64,000 nucleotides of DNA from Euryarchaeota archaeon UBA558. GTDB lineage: Archaea > Thermoplasmatota > Poseidoniia > Poseidoniales > Thalassarchaeaceae. Shown in pieces: positions 48,131-56,866 of the stretch (position 1 is the stretch's first letter; the number at the start of each line of letters is the position of its first letter). Under the pieces are notes generated by a model. It did not search any database. It was not told where the DNA came from and was given only the letters and a program-made list of their open reading frames with translations. The stretch covers positions 25,134 through 89,133 of the forward strand of contig DAZE01000012.1 in NCBI GenBank assembly GCA_002507175.1, given 5' to 3'. The translations under genes and the position numbers were made by a program.

Positions 48131-49375
48131 TTGGGAAGTGATAAGTCTTCTAGCCTCTTGTCACACCTCGTGAACCCCCTGCTGGAGACCGTCCTAGTTT
48201 CGATGCGGGATGCGTTCCTAGCTGTCACGGTATTCGTCGCTGTGATGGTTCTCTTGTTCAGTTGGTTGCAGTACCTCACTGCGGGACGGTTTGTTGATTG
48301 GATAAGGTCCAGAAAGAAGTGGCAACCGGTAATCGGTGCCCTCATGGGATTGATCCCGGGTTGCGGAGGCGCGATCATCATTATGCCGATGTTTGCAAAG
48401 GGGTACGTCACTTATGGGACCGTTCTGGCAACCCTGATTGCGACCTTAGGAGATTCTGCCTTCGTGCTGTTCGGGGCTGTCATTCAAGATGATAAATTTC
48501 TCACCCCGGTCCTGGTAGTTCATTTGATCTCATTTCTAGCAGGTGTGATCTGGGGGTACGGAGCGGACATGCTATCGATTACGCCGGAGAATCCCTTTGG
48601 GTCTAGGTCATCTGACCGTAATTCTGAGCATTCAGTTCATCAACTGAATGACCAATTTGAAGAATTTGAACACGGAGATATCATTTCCGAGTTAGCCAGA
48701 GAGAAGCCTGGTACCCTGTCCTACAAAATAGTTCACAATGGCTACAAAGTGTGGTGGTTGGTGACAATCAGTGGCCTGATCCTGGGCGTTTTACTCATAT
48801 TCTGGTTAGCTCAGGACCCAGATTACAACCCTGAATTATCAGCGGATATATCCACAAGAGATGGGATTCTGACTGTCATCGGTGTGACTGGCACGCTCTT
48901 GTCATTGGTGTTGTATGCTGCTGGCAAGAGCTTCATTGCTGACGATACTGAGGCCTCTATTGGGGACAAACTCCACTCATTCGACGAAACCCTGACCCAT
49001 GCTGCGTCGGAGACAGCATTTGTCACAGTATGGGTCTTGGTGGCGTACTTATTGTTCGAAGGCCTAATTGTTGCCACTGGAATAAGTGAATCAGACCTTG
49101 CTGCAGGGGGGGATGGCCCCATGGCCGTGGCAGTGGCTGCTTCAATCGGCTTGATCCCTGGATGCGGCCCTCAAATAATCGCATTTACTGCATACGTCGA
49201 GGGGATCTTCTCCTTCCCGGCGCTGGTCGCAAACGCAATATCACAGGATGGAGATGCCCTATTTCCTCTCTTGGTACGTCATCGGACCGCTTCCCTGTGG
49301 GCCACAGTACACACACTGCTACCAGGACTAATCTGCGGGATGATCCTACTGTCTTTTGGAATTGATCTTCCATGA
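48131..49375 (+). CDS. 10-12 TM permease with a duplicated GLIPGCG motif (possibly ArsP_2 / putative metal-transporter family)
   Basis: Two homologous halves, each with GLIPGCG (LMGLIPGCGGAIIIMP and SIGLIPGCGPQIIAFT). The family assignment is from memory only. Confidence 0.6.
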   Translation: MGSDKSSSLLSHLVNPLLETVLVSMRDAFLAVTVFVAVMVLLFSWLQYLTAGRFVDWIRSRKKWQPVIGALMGLIPGCGGAIIIMPMFAKGYVTYGTVLATLIATLGDSAFVLFGAVIQDDKFLTPVLVVHLISFLAGVIWGYGADMLSITPENPFGSRSSDRNSEHSVHQLNDQFEEFEHGDIISELAREKPGTLSYKIVHNGYKVWWLVTISGLILGVLLIFWLAQDPDYNPELSADISTRDGILTVIGVTGTLLSLVLYAAGKSFIADDTEASIGDKLHSFDETLTHAASETAFVTVWVLVAYLLFEGLIVATGISESDLAAGGDGPMAVAVAASIGLIPGCGPQIIAFTAYVEGIFSFPALVANAISQDGDALFPLLVRHRTASLWATVHTLLPGLICGMILLSFGIDLP

Positions 49376-49945
49376 GGCATATATCTCATTCCATGCCTTC
49401 TTCAAGAAGATCACATCCTCTGGAGTGTCTACATTAACGTGGATGTGGGTGTCTTCAACCTCAAAACGAGAGAATTTAATGAGGTCCTTGAGCGATGAGC
49501 TTGGTTTGGCCTTCTTGATGGCGGCGATCCCCCTCCAATCTAACATCACTGGATGACCTCCTCGACCGTTTTTCTCGGGGCAGGAGCTAGAATCTGCTTT
49601 CATCAAAATCATGAGTGTTTTTGAACTAAAACCCGGCCTGTCAATCGGTGCTAAAATTACTTTTTCCGGCCATCCAAGCGCTTCTAATCCAATTTGTATT
49701 GAGCCTGTCCTTCCTAGGTCTGGTTTATTGTTCCTAACAAACATCACAGAATCTGGATCGATGTCACATTCGTCTGAGTTGGGGCCAAGCACGACACATG
49801 TTCTCATACCGTGTTCTTTCATCACTCCAACCATTCTCGACAGGAGAGTCTGCCCACCCATATTTATCGAGGCCTTGTCAAAGCCCATTCTTCTACTCAG
49901 GCCTCCCGCCAATATCAAGCAATCCGGGGGATTTTCACTGGTCAT
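49346..49945 (-). CDS. mocA: Molybdenum cofactor nucleotidyltransferase (MocA/MobA family)
   Basis: CLILAGGLSRRMGFDKA (NTP_transf_3 motif). The context with CoxL-family and XdhC genes favours the cytidylyltransferase MocA. Confidence 0.8.
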   Translation of the reverse strand: MTSENPPDCLILAGGLSRRMGFDKASINMGGQTLLSRMVGVMKEHGMRTCVVLGPNSDECDIDPDSVMFVRNNKPDLGRTGSIQIGLEALGWPEKVILAPIDRPGFSSKTLMILMKADSSSCPEKNGRGGHPVMLDWRGIAAIKKAKPSSSLKDLIKFSRFEVEDTHIHVNVDTPEDVIFLKKAWNEIYASWKINSKRQ

Positions 49946-49952
49946 TGTACCA

Positions 49953-50957
49953 CTAACCTATGAATAACTGGGCGACATAGACAAAGTATCCAAGCAGCAA
50001 GAAGGCCCCCAACGGTTTTGATACTCCCTTGCCCAATAATATCGATACACCGATGATCCCAGAGCTCACAAGGAGGACCCAGATGTCTAGTGTCAGGAAG
50101 GATCCTGACACAGACAATCCTTGTGCTACAATCGCTCCAATTCCAAGGACAGCCATAACATTGGCCACGTTTGATCCGAGTATGTTTCCGATTGCTACGC
50201 CTTGGACCCCGCGGATCGAGGCAGTTATCGTGACTGCCAACTCAGGTAGCGACGTCCCAAAAGCAACAAGTGTGAGCCCGATAACTGCTTCTGAGACACC
50301 GATCGAGATGGCAAGCCCCACCCCTCCTTCAATCAGGAGATCTGAACCATATTTCACCAAAATGAGGCCAAACAAGAATGCAATAAGGGCATATGCGTAC
50401 CCTCGTGGTATCCAAGAATCCTCTTCATCATCATCGTCGCCCCCTCTTGTGCGGAAAATGTAAGCATAGTACCCCCCCATCGAGGAAATTGATAGAACTC
50501 CGAGCCATACTGGGAACTCCCCCATAACAACTGAGAGGACGACAAATGCGGTTGCAGCGAGCAACATCAAGGCATCTTGTTTGAGGCCCTTGTCGGGCTG
50601 AGATGCGGCTCCTATTAGCATCGCGATGGCCAAAACTAACATTACGTTAGCAATATTGGACCCAATGACGCCCCCAACAGCGAGATCCACGGCTTCCGGG
50701 CTACCGCGATTAATCGCGTTCAACACAACTCCTAGTTCTGGCAGACTCGTCCCAATCGCAACCAGAGTGAAACCAACTAAGAATGAGGGCATTCCAAGCA
50801 AGCCAGCAATTCTGATAGAGCCCTGAACGACCAATTCGCCTCCTAAAACCAGCAAAATCAGACCAATTGTCAATAGGACTCCGTCTGGAAGCCCTCCGAG
50901 CATGCCACCCCGTGGGTCTGATGAGATATAAGGAACGGGTGAACTATTCTGTATCAA
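49953..50957 (-). CDS. Ca2+/cation antiporter (CaCA family, YrbG-like)
   Basis: Two alpha-repeats, AIGTSLPELGVV and AFGTSLPELAVT. About 10 TM helices with an acidic central loop (GGDDDDEEDS). Confidence 0.85.
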   Translation of the reverse strand: MIQNSSPVPYISSDPRGGMLGGLPDGVLLTIGLILLVLGGELVVQGSIRIAGLLGMPSFLVGFTLVAIGTSLPELGVVLNAINRGSPEAVDLAVGGVIGSNIANVMLVLAIAMLIGAASQPDKGLKQDALMLLAATAFVVLSVVMGEFPVWLGVLSISSMGGYYAYIFRTRGGDDDDEEDSWIPRGYAYALIAFLFGLILVKYGSDLLIEGGVGLAISIGVSEAVIGLTLVAFGTSLPELAVTITASIRGVQGVAIGNILGSNVANVMAVLGIGAIVAQGLSVSGSFLTLDIWVLLVSSGIIGVSILLGKGVSKPLGAFLLLGYFVYVAQLFIG

Positions 50958-50958
50958 A

Positions 50959-53790
50959 TTAGAGTATTCTTTTGATGTGGCGGATCAATAATTCCACATC
51001 AGGAATGGTGTGGTCCTCCAGTGGTGGCGAGAAAGGAACTGGTACGTCAAGAGCCCCAATTACCACAGGGGGCGACTCAAGCGACCAGAATGATCCTTCT
51101 AGGACTGCAGAGGATATTGTGTGGCCAAAGCCACCAGTCCATTGCGCCTCTTGAAGTACAATCATACGCCCAGTCTTGTTAACTGATTGGATGCAGGTGT
51201 CTCTGTCGAACGGATTCAAAGTCCTCAGGTCGATAACTTCAACATCGATGCCCTCCGTTGAGAGTTTTCTTGAGGCATTCATGGCAACATGAACCATTGC
51301 ACCCCATGTTATGACAGTGACGTCCTCGCCAGGAGCTACAATTCGTGCCTTACCTATGGTGTGTCTCCCTTCACGTACTCTTTCTCTGACTGAATGGGTA
51401 TCTACATTCTGGCTTATCCGATCACCCCAACCAGTCAGACCTCCGCGCAAACCGTACAAGCCAATGTGCTCAAACAAGACAAATGGGTCATTCAGAGAGT
51501 GCCCCTCAATGAGTAGATCATAGGCATCTTGGGGGTTTGAGGGAAATCCGATTATCAGACCGGGGTCGTTTAGAAACCAAGATTCGATAACGTTTGCATG
51601 AAAGGGCCCACTCCTGGTTTTCCCACCAAGCGGGATTCTAACTGTAAGCGGGACCTCGGCCCCCCACCTCCATCTTAGTTGGGCCGCATTGTTAACGAGA
51701 GCATTCATTGCAAGGGCTGCGAAACCCCCGAACTGAATCTCGGCGATGGGTCGCAAGCCTCCTATTGCAGCACCAGTTGCGCTGTTGATTATTATCGATT
51801 CGGACAATGGCATATCGAGAAGTTTACCTTCGTGACCCTTTGCTCTGAGTGCTAGGTTCAATCCGAATGCTCCCGCAACTTCCATGTCCTCCCCCATAAA
51901 CAGAGCATTTTCTCCTTCGTTGTCTGCAATATCGACCATTGCATTTTGAATGGCCCTGCTGAAAGTCCAAGCATTCGAAGCAGCCTCAAACTTCATTGGC
52001 CCGATTTCTGATTGGCTGGTTGATGGTTTGATGCTTTCAAGATCTTTGATTTGTTGATGATGTGTTCTGGCGTTTGTAAGTTTTGACGTTCCAATAGCGA
52101 CCGATTCAGGCTCGGGCCATTTCATTGATTCGACGGCCAATCGCGCCTCAGCACAACTGGCTTCCTCTTCGTCAGCAATCGATTTGAGCAATCTAGAGCT
52201 GACACCTATCGACCGTAGTAAACGCTCATGATTCTCGATTGGCTCCTTCTTTGACCAATATTCCATCAAATCTTCTCCGACGTAGCCAGGAGGATTGCCA
52301 TTCTCAGCACCCAAGTACAGATCGTCATGGTGATGCGCATGTCCGCAACCCCTCATTGTTTCAACATGGACAATGCATCCGCCACAGCCCGATACGGCCA
52401 ATTCACGGGCAACTGAGACTGATGCATAGTAAATTGCAGGATCAGACCCATCTATGCTCCATGCCGGAAGTCCCACGGAGGCCCCTTTGTCCCCGAATGT
52501 CTCCGCACCAGATTGTTTGTTGGAGAATGTATCTAGCGCAATTTGATTGTTTTGGATTATGTAGCATATAGGCAACCCCCTTGCTCCGGCGAAATTTATG
52601 GCCTCCCAGAACTCTCCACTGCTGCTGCAACCCTCTCCTACAGGTGCTAGAGTAAACCTCCCATCGCCCTTCCTAGAAGAAGCAAGTGCAATTCCTGTAG
52701 CAGTAGCGCTTGCTATTGGCAGTGGCGCAGTGGGGGGCAAGATTCCGTGACTCCAGTCTCCTATGTGTAGATCCCTGCCCCCGAAGTCAGAATGGCCCCC
52801 ATCCATTTTGGATCCTGACTTGCCCATCTGGGCGGACATAATAGACAAGGGCGTTTGACCCATAGAAAGTGCAAGTCCAAGGTCTCTGATCATAGGGGCC
52901 GCCACATCCTTGCCCGATTGCAGGGCTGTCCCGCATGCTGCAATCGGTTCTTGCCAAGTTGATCTGAACCCCTTGCCACCAAATTTTGTCCCATCTGGGG
53001 TTTCTACACCCTCGACGAATAACTCCTTCAAATGCCGATCCAATACTCTAGTCCTTATCATTAGCCTATGCCAATGAATACGCTCCTCCTTGGTTATCGA
53101 TGAAAGATATGCGAGCCTCCTCAACAAGAGACGCAAATCTAAGATTAACCTAGTCCTTTTCCTTGAGAGGTATAGTCTACCACCTCTCCTTGGCATAATT
53201 TCAGCCTGCAACACTCTATTTATTTTGTAGGTGTGAAGCCTGTCCTCAAATGCATCATAAATTAGATCGCAGAATAATTCCGACCATTTATGAAAATCCT
53301 CTCCGTTCATCGATTTTGGCCCAACACAGTTTTCGAGTACATCTCTCACAAGTTCCAAGTATCCGTCCCATCTTTCAGCTGTGAACCTAAGAATCTCCTC
53401 ACTCAACTCTACTGGGTCTATGGCTTTGTTAAATCTCAGATGGCTCACAGGCCTCCAATCGCCTCCCCATATTTTGGGCAAGTCAGATTGATTTCCGTCG
53501 TATGTCTCCGAATCCATGCTTATTGGGTGGTTTCTACTGTTAGCTTCATGATCTAGTTCCACACTAGTTGATTTTTCTCTGACCCAGACCCTGGCATCGG
53601 ACTTCCTCCCCTGTCCTGTCTGTGATCTCTCGATCATTATCCGGGTCCTTTCAGAACACTCAGAGCATTTTCTATCTAGGGCCTTTAAGCCCTTTTTTCC
53701 CGATTTCCAAGGTTGATGATGATTACATTTCGGACATCTCCAAATGCCCGATATTTCATAGACCATGTTATATCCAAACCGGACAGGCAC
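50959..53790 (-). CDS. Fused 2-oxoacid dehydrogenase E1 alpha+beta (TPP-dependent) with a ~230-aa N-terminal zinc-ribbon extension
   Basis: E1 alpha covers about aa 240-560 (GEGCSSSGEFWEAINFAGARGLPICYIIQNNQIA is the TPP motif). E1 beta covers about aa 600-943 (FMGEDMEVAGAFG.., ESIIINSATGAAIGGLRP, FPSNPQDAYDLL). The N-terminus has CPKC..(21 aa)..CSEC. GTG at 53790 or ATG at 53766. Confidence 0.8.
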   Translation of the reverse strand: MPVRFGYNMVYEISGIWRCPKCNHHQPWKSGKKGLKALDRKCSECSERTRIMIERSQTGQGRKSDARVWVREKSTSVELDHEANSRNHPISMDSETYDGNQSDLPKIWGGDWRPVSHLRFNKAIDPVELSEEILRFTAERWDGYLELVRDVLENCVGPKSMNGEDFHKWSELFCDLIYDAFEDRLHTYKINRVLQAEIMPRRGGRLYLSRKRTRLILDLRLLLRRLAYLSSITKEERIHWHRLMIRTRVLDRHLKELFVEGVETPDGTKFGGKGFRSTWQEPIAACGTALQSGKDVAAPMIRDLGLALSMGQTPLSIMSAQMGKSGSKMDGGHSDFGGRDLHIGDWSHGILPPTAPLPIASATATGIALASSRKGDGRFTLAPVGEGCSSSGEFWEAINFAGARGLPICYIIQNNQIALDTFSNKQSGAETFGDKGASVGLPAWSIDGSDPAIYYASVSVARELAVSGCGGCIVHVETMRGCGHAHHHDDLYLGAENGNPPGYVGEDLMEYWSKKEPIENHERLLRSIGVSSRLLKSIADEEEASCAEARLAVESMKWPEPESVAIGTSKLTNARTHHQQIKDLESIKPSTSQSEIGPMKFEAASNAWTFSRAIQNAMVDIADNEGENALFMGEDMEVAGAFGLNLALRAKGHEGKLLDMPLSESIIINSATGAAIGGLRPIAEIQFGGFAALAMNALVNNAAQLRWRWGAEVPLTVRIPLGGKTRSGPFHANVIESWFLNDPGLIIGFPSNPQDAYDLLIEGHSLNDPFVLFEHIGLYGLRGGLTGWGDRISQNVDTHSVRERVREGRHTIGKARIVAPGEDVTVITWGAMVHVAMNASRKLSTEGIDVEVIDLRTLNPFDRDTCIQSVNKTGRMIVLQEAQWTGGFGHTISSAVLEGSFWSLESPPVVIGALDVPVPFSPPLEDHTIPDVELLIRHIKRIL

Positions 53791-53971
53791 ATTAATTATT
53801 CCTTTTTTATAAATTTGAAAAACATTATTAAAATTATTTTTGTCAATAAAATATACAATATAAAAACAACATGCTGAATTATAATATACATAATATAATA
53901 AATTATAATAAAATATTTTTACATATTATAATTTTAAATTTACGAAATTATAAACAAAAAATAAATTTTTA
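53791..53971. other. Extreme AT-rich intergenic island
   Basis: Hand count gives 17 G/C in 181 nt (~9% GC), against flanks that look roughly balanced. It contains the periodic palindromic ATTATAAT motif (see findings). Confidence 0.9.
53807..53813 (-). promoter_or_regulatory. Candidate TATA box for the E1-fusion operon
   Basis: The minus strand reads TTTATAAAAAA (archaeal TTTAWA consensus). It lies 23 nt upstream of the GTG at 53790 and 47 nt upstream of the ATG at 53766. Confidence 0.35.
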
Positions 53972-55054
53972 TCAATATCTTGGGATATTTTGGTCTACTT
54001 CTATAGACCACCTATCAATGCCGCCTTCGAGGTTCGCTATGGCCCCTTTGAAATCATCAAGACTTGAAAGATAATTCACGACTGCAGCAGATCTCACTCC
54101 TGAATGGCAGTATACAATTATCGGCAAATCACGGGGGAGTTCGTCTATTCTTGACGGGATTTGCAGGTGCTCAATCCTCGCAGAGGTCCCTCTTATGCTG
54201 GCAATCGATTCTTCAATTTCCCTCCTAACATCTAGTATGAACACACTCTCACCGGCTAAAATCCGCTTTTCAAGCTCTCTTGGCGTTATTTTCATGTCAA
54301 TTTTAGGTTTAGAAAAATCCGAATTGGTTTTTACCTGAGTGTTATTGAAGTTGAGAATACGAGATTCCATTTTCAAGGCGTTGAAAATTAGTAATTTACC
54401 CGAGAGGACCCCCTCAATCCCCAGTAGGACTTTCATGGCCTCTGTGGCTTGTATGGATCCAATTATCCCTGTCACAGACCCTAAAATGCCAGCCTCAGAG
54501 CAATTCGGAGCCAACTCGGGCGGGGGTGGTTGGGGGAATAAATCCCTATAATTCGGCCCATCTTGATAATTGAAAACCGAAACTTGCCCCTCAAACCTCA
54601 ATACACTAGCAAATACCCATGGTATCCCAAGTTCCTCGCATGCATCATTAAGGGCATACCTTGCAGCAAAATTATCAGTGCCGTCTATTACGACGTCAGA
54701 TCCTATTATCAGTTCGATCGCATTCTGTGGAGTCAATTTCTGTTTGAAGATCTTTATTTTCACAGCTGAATCGATTTTGCTCATCCTTTTCGCTGCAGAA
54801 TCCACCTTTTTCACACCAACGTCTTTTTCTGAGTGCAGGATCTGCCTTTGCAAGTTAGAGATATCCACTTCATCGTCATCGATAATTCTGATTTCTCCTA
54901 TCCCAGCTGCTACCAAGTACAAAAGCGCAGGACTCCCTAGGCCTCCTGCCCCAATCACTGAAACGATTGATTTTGAGAATCTTAATTGGCCTGATAAGCC
55001 AATCTGGTCAAGCACGATATGCCTGTCAAACCTTTTCAGTCGTAGCTCATCCAT
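53972..55054 (-). CDS. moeB: MoeB/ThiF/UbaA-family adenylyltransferase with a C-terminal rhodanese domain
   Basis: VIGAGGLGSPALLYLVAAGIG, SNLQRQILH and CSEAGILG, followed by the rhodanese active-site loop YCHSGVRS. Confidence 0.85.
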   Translation of the reverse strand: MDELRLKRFDRHIVLDQIGLSGQLRFSKSIVSVIGAGGLGSPALLYLVAAGIGEIRIIDDDEVDISNLQRQILHSEKDVGVKKVDSAAKRMSKIDSAVKIKIFKQKLTPQNAIELIIGSDVVIDGTDNFAARYALNDACEELGIPWVFASVLRFEGQVSVFNYQDGPNYRDLFPQPPPPELAPNCSEAGILGSVTGIIGSIQATEAMKVLLGIEGVLSGKLLIFNALKMESRILNFNNTQVKTNSDFSKPKIDMKITPRELEKRILAGESVFILDVRREIEESIASIRGTSARIEHLQIPSRIDELPRDLPIIVYCHSGVRSAAVVNYLSSLDDFKGAIANLEGGIDRWSIEVDQNIPRY

Positions 55055-55058
55055 GGAA

Positions 55059-55460
55059 TCAAAACCCGGGGGAATAGAGTCTAATGATGCATACTGTGAG
55101 GCTCAATCTCCCCCAGATGACGGTCATTTTTCTTGAGTTTAGGGGAGTGGGGGATTTGCCGGTCAGACTTGTCAGCAATCTATGAATGAAATTTTGTTGC
55201 AGAGCACTTTCTGGTTTCTCGATTCCAAGCAGCCAACGCTCAATGTCAGTAAGGATGCAATATCCATTCCTTGTATGCCATAGAATTTCAGTCGCGCAGT
55301 ATATTACCACTACAGCCCACAAGACGGAATCCCAAGGGGCTAGCCATCCTAATCCTACCAGTAGAGTCACAAGGACATGTGAAAAGTAAAATAATGAAGC
55401 CAATAACCTCCTTGGAAGTGTGACTTTTGTTTTATGTTCATTGAATGATACGGTTTCCAT
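55059..55460 (-). CDS. Small membrane protein (DUF2784-like)
   Basis: Three or four TM helices and GYCILTDIERWLL, which resembles the CPLT..E..LR motif of DUF2784. Weak call. Confidence 0.45.
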   Translation of the reverse strand: METVSFNEHKTKVTLPRRLLASLFYFSHVLVTLLVGLGWLAPWDSVLWAVVVIYCATEILWHTRNGYCILTDIERWLLGIEKPESALQQNFIHRLLTSLTGKSPTPLNSRKMTVIWGRLSLTVCIIRLYSPGF

Positions 55461-55469
55461 TACACCAAC

Positions 55470-56396
55470 TCAATGTTGTGACTCTAGCCATCGCTCTGCG
55501 TCTATTGCAGCCTGGCACCCCATTCCAGCAGCAGTGATTGCTTGTCTGTATCTTGTGTCTACCACATCCCCCGCCGCGAAAACGCCGGGAACGCTGGTCA
55601 TTGTATGTTCCTCGTGCAAGATGTAGCCCTCAGAGTCTGTCACCACCTGGCCAGCCAGGAATTCTGTGATCGGTTTGTGTCCAATCGCAATAAATGCTCC
55701 AGTACACGCTATCTCCTCTGTGGACCCATCTCTGGGATCTTCGATCAAAGCCCCCGTGAGTCCCTTCTCGTCTGATAACCACTTTGTGACTTGCCTGTGG
55801 GTCTTAATCTCAATTTTTGGGTGGGCTTTGGCCCTTTCAAGCATAACCTTGGAGGCTTTGAAAACATCCCTCCGATGTATAATGGTCACCTTTTCTGCAA
55901 AACGTGTCAAAAATGTCGCCTCTTCCATCGCGGAGTCCCCCCCTCCGATCACTATTACTTCCTCGTTCTTGAAAAACGCACCATCGCATGTGGCGCATGT
56001 AGAAATGCCCCTTCCTTTTTGATTTTCTTCGCCCTCGACCCCAAGCCAAGTTGCCTCAGCACCCGTGCAAATGATTATTGATTCAGCGTTGAATTCCTTA
56101 CCCTCTACCCAGACTTTGAAAGGTCTAGATCCCAGATCTACCTTCTCAACGTTCTTGTCTTGCACCTTCAATCCAAACCTCTCCGCCTGTGTTCTCAGTT
56201 CCAACATCATTTCCGGCCCGCCGATTCCTTGAGGGTACCCTGGGAAATTTTCAATGTCTGATGTGAGCATCAACTGCCCGCCTGACATGTAGCCTGCGAA
56301 CATCAGGGGCTCCATCATTGCCCTTGCAGCATAGAGTCCCGCGGTGTATCCTGCTGGCCCGGATCCGATGATTATCACGCTATGCGTCGTGGTCAT
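55470..56396 (-). CDS. trxB: Thioredoxin-disulfide reductase
   Basis: VIIIGSGPAGYTAGLYAAR (FAD site), CATCDG (redox site) and VIGGGDSAMEEA (NADPH site). ATG at 56396 (MTTTHSV) is preferred; the track ORF opens with TTG at 56471. Confidence 0.9.
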   Translation of the reverse strand: MTTTHSVIIIGSGPAGYTAGLYAARAMMEPLMFAGYMSGGQLMLTSDIENFPGYPQGIGGPEMMLELRTQAERFGLKVQDKNVEKVDLGSRPFKVWVEGKEFNAESIIICTGAEATWLGVEGEENQKGRGISTCATCDGAFFKNEEVIVIGGGDSAMEEATFLTRFAEKVTIIHRRDVFKASKVMLERAKAHPKIEIKTHRQVTKWLSDEKGLTGALIEDPRDGSTEEIACTGAFIAIGHKPITEFLAGQVVTDSEGYILHEEHTMTSVPGVFAAGDVVDTRYRQAITAAGMGCQAAIDAERWLESQH

Positions 56397-56467
56397 GTGG
56401 GAGCCAAGACGCAGGAGTCCCTTGAATATTGACACTGACAAATCTTTCCGTGAACCCCGGACAAGGC

Positions 56468-56866
56468 TCAATCGATCATTGAGTGCACCGCAGTAATTGC
56501 TGATCTTGCATGGGGTTCTAATCTTGGAGCAATGTGATGATTTTCGGCGCCAGGCCCTATAATTCCCAGACCAATGGGCTTGTTATGCTCAATTTGGAGA
56601 CTCAACAGACTGGATAAAACCGCTTGACCGATTACTAGTCCATGGTCGGTCTCGCCTCTTTCTATCACCCCAAGGCATGCCACTCCTAGGATATTCTCCT
56701 TTGATAACAATCTGGAACTGGCAAGTGGGACTTCAAAGGACCCAGGTACCCATACAACATCTGAGATCTGAATTCCCAGAGACTTCGCTTCCTTCTTGGC
56801 GTATTCCACCATCTTCTCTACGGATTTTCTGTGAAACTCCCCACAAACGAGTGCTATAGACTTCAT
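56468..56866 (-). CDS. ribH: 6,7-dimethyl-8-ribityllumazine synthase (archaeal short form)
   Basis: IALVCGEFH, VVWVPGSFEVPLA, LGVIERGETDH and GLGIIGPG. Confidence 0.85.
   Translation of the reverse strand: MKSIALVCGEFHRKSVEKMVEYAKKEAKSLGIQISDVVWVPGSFEVPLASSRLLSKENILGVACLGVIERGETDHGLVIGQAVLSSLLSLQIEHNKPIGLGIIGPGAENHHIAPRLEPHARSAITAVHSMID

Noticed and set aside
53871-54074. Track ORF of 67 aa starting in the AT island, and the idea that the periodic repeats form a CRISPR array.
   Set aside because: The ORF is an Asn/Ile/Tyr/Lys low-complexity translation of AT-rich DNA and runs into moeB antisense. The repeat unit of 8-10 bp at 22-24 bp spacing is far too short for CRISPR, and no cas genes are present.
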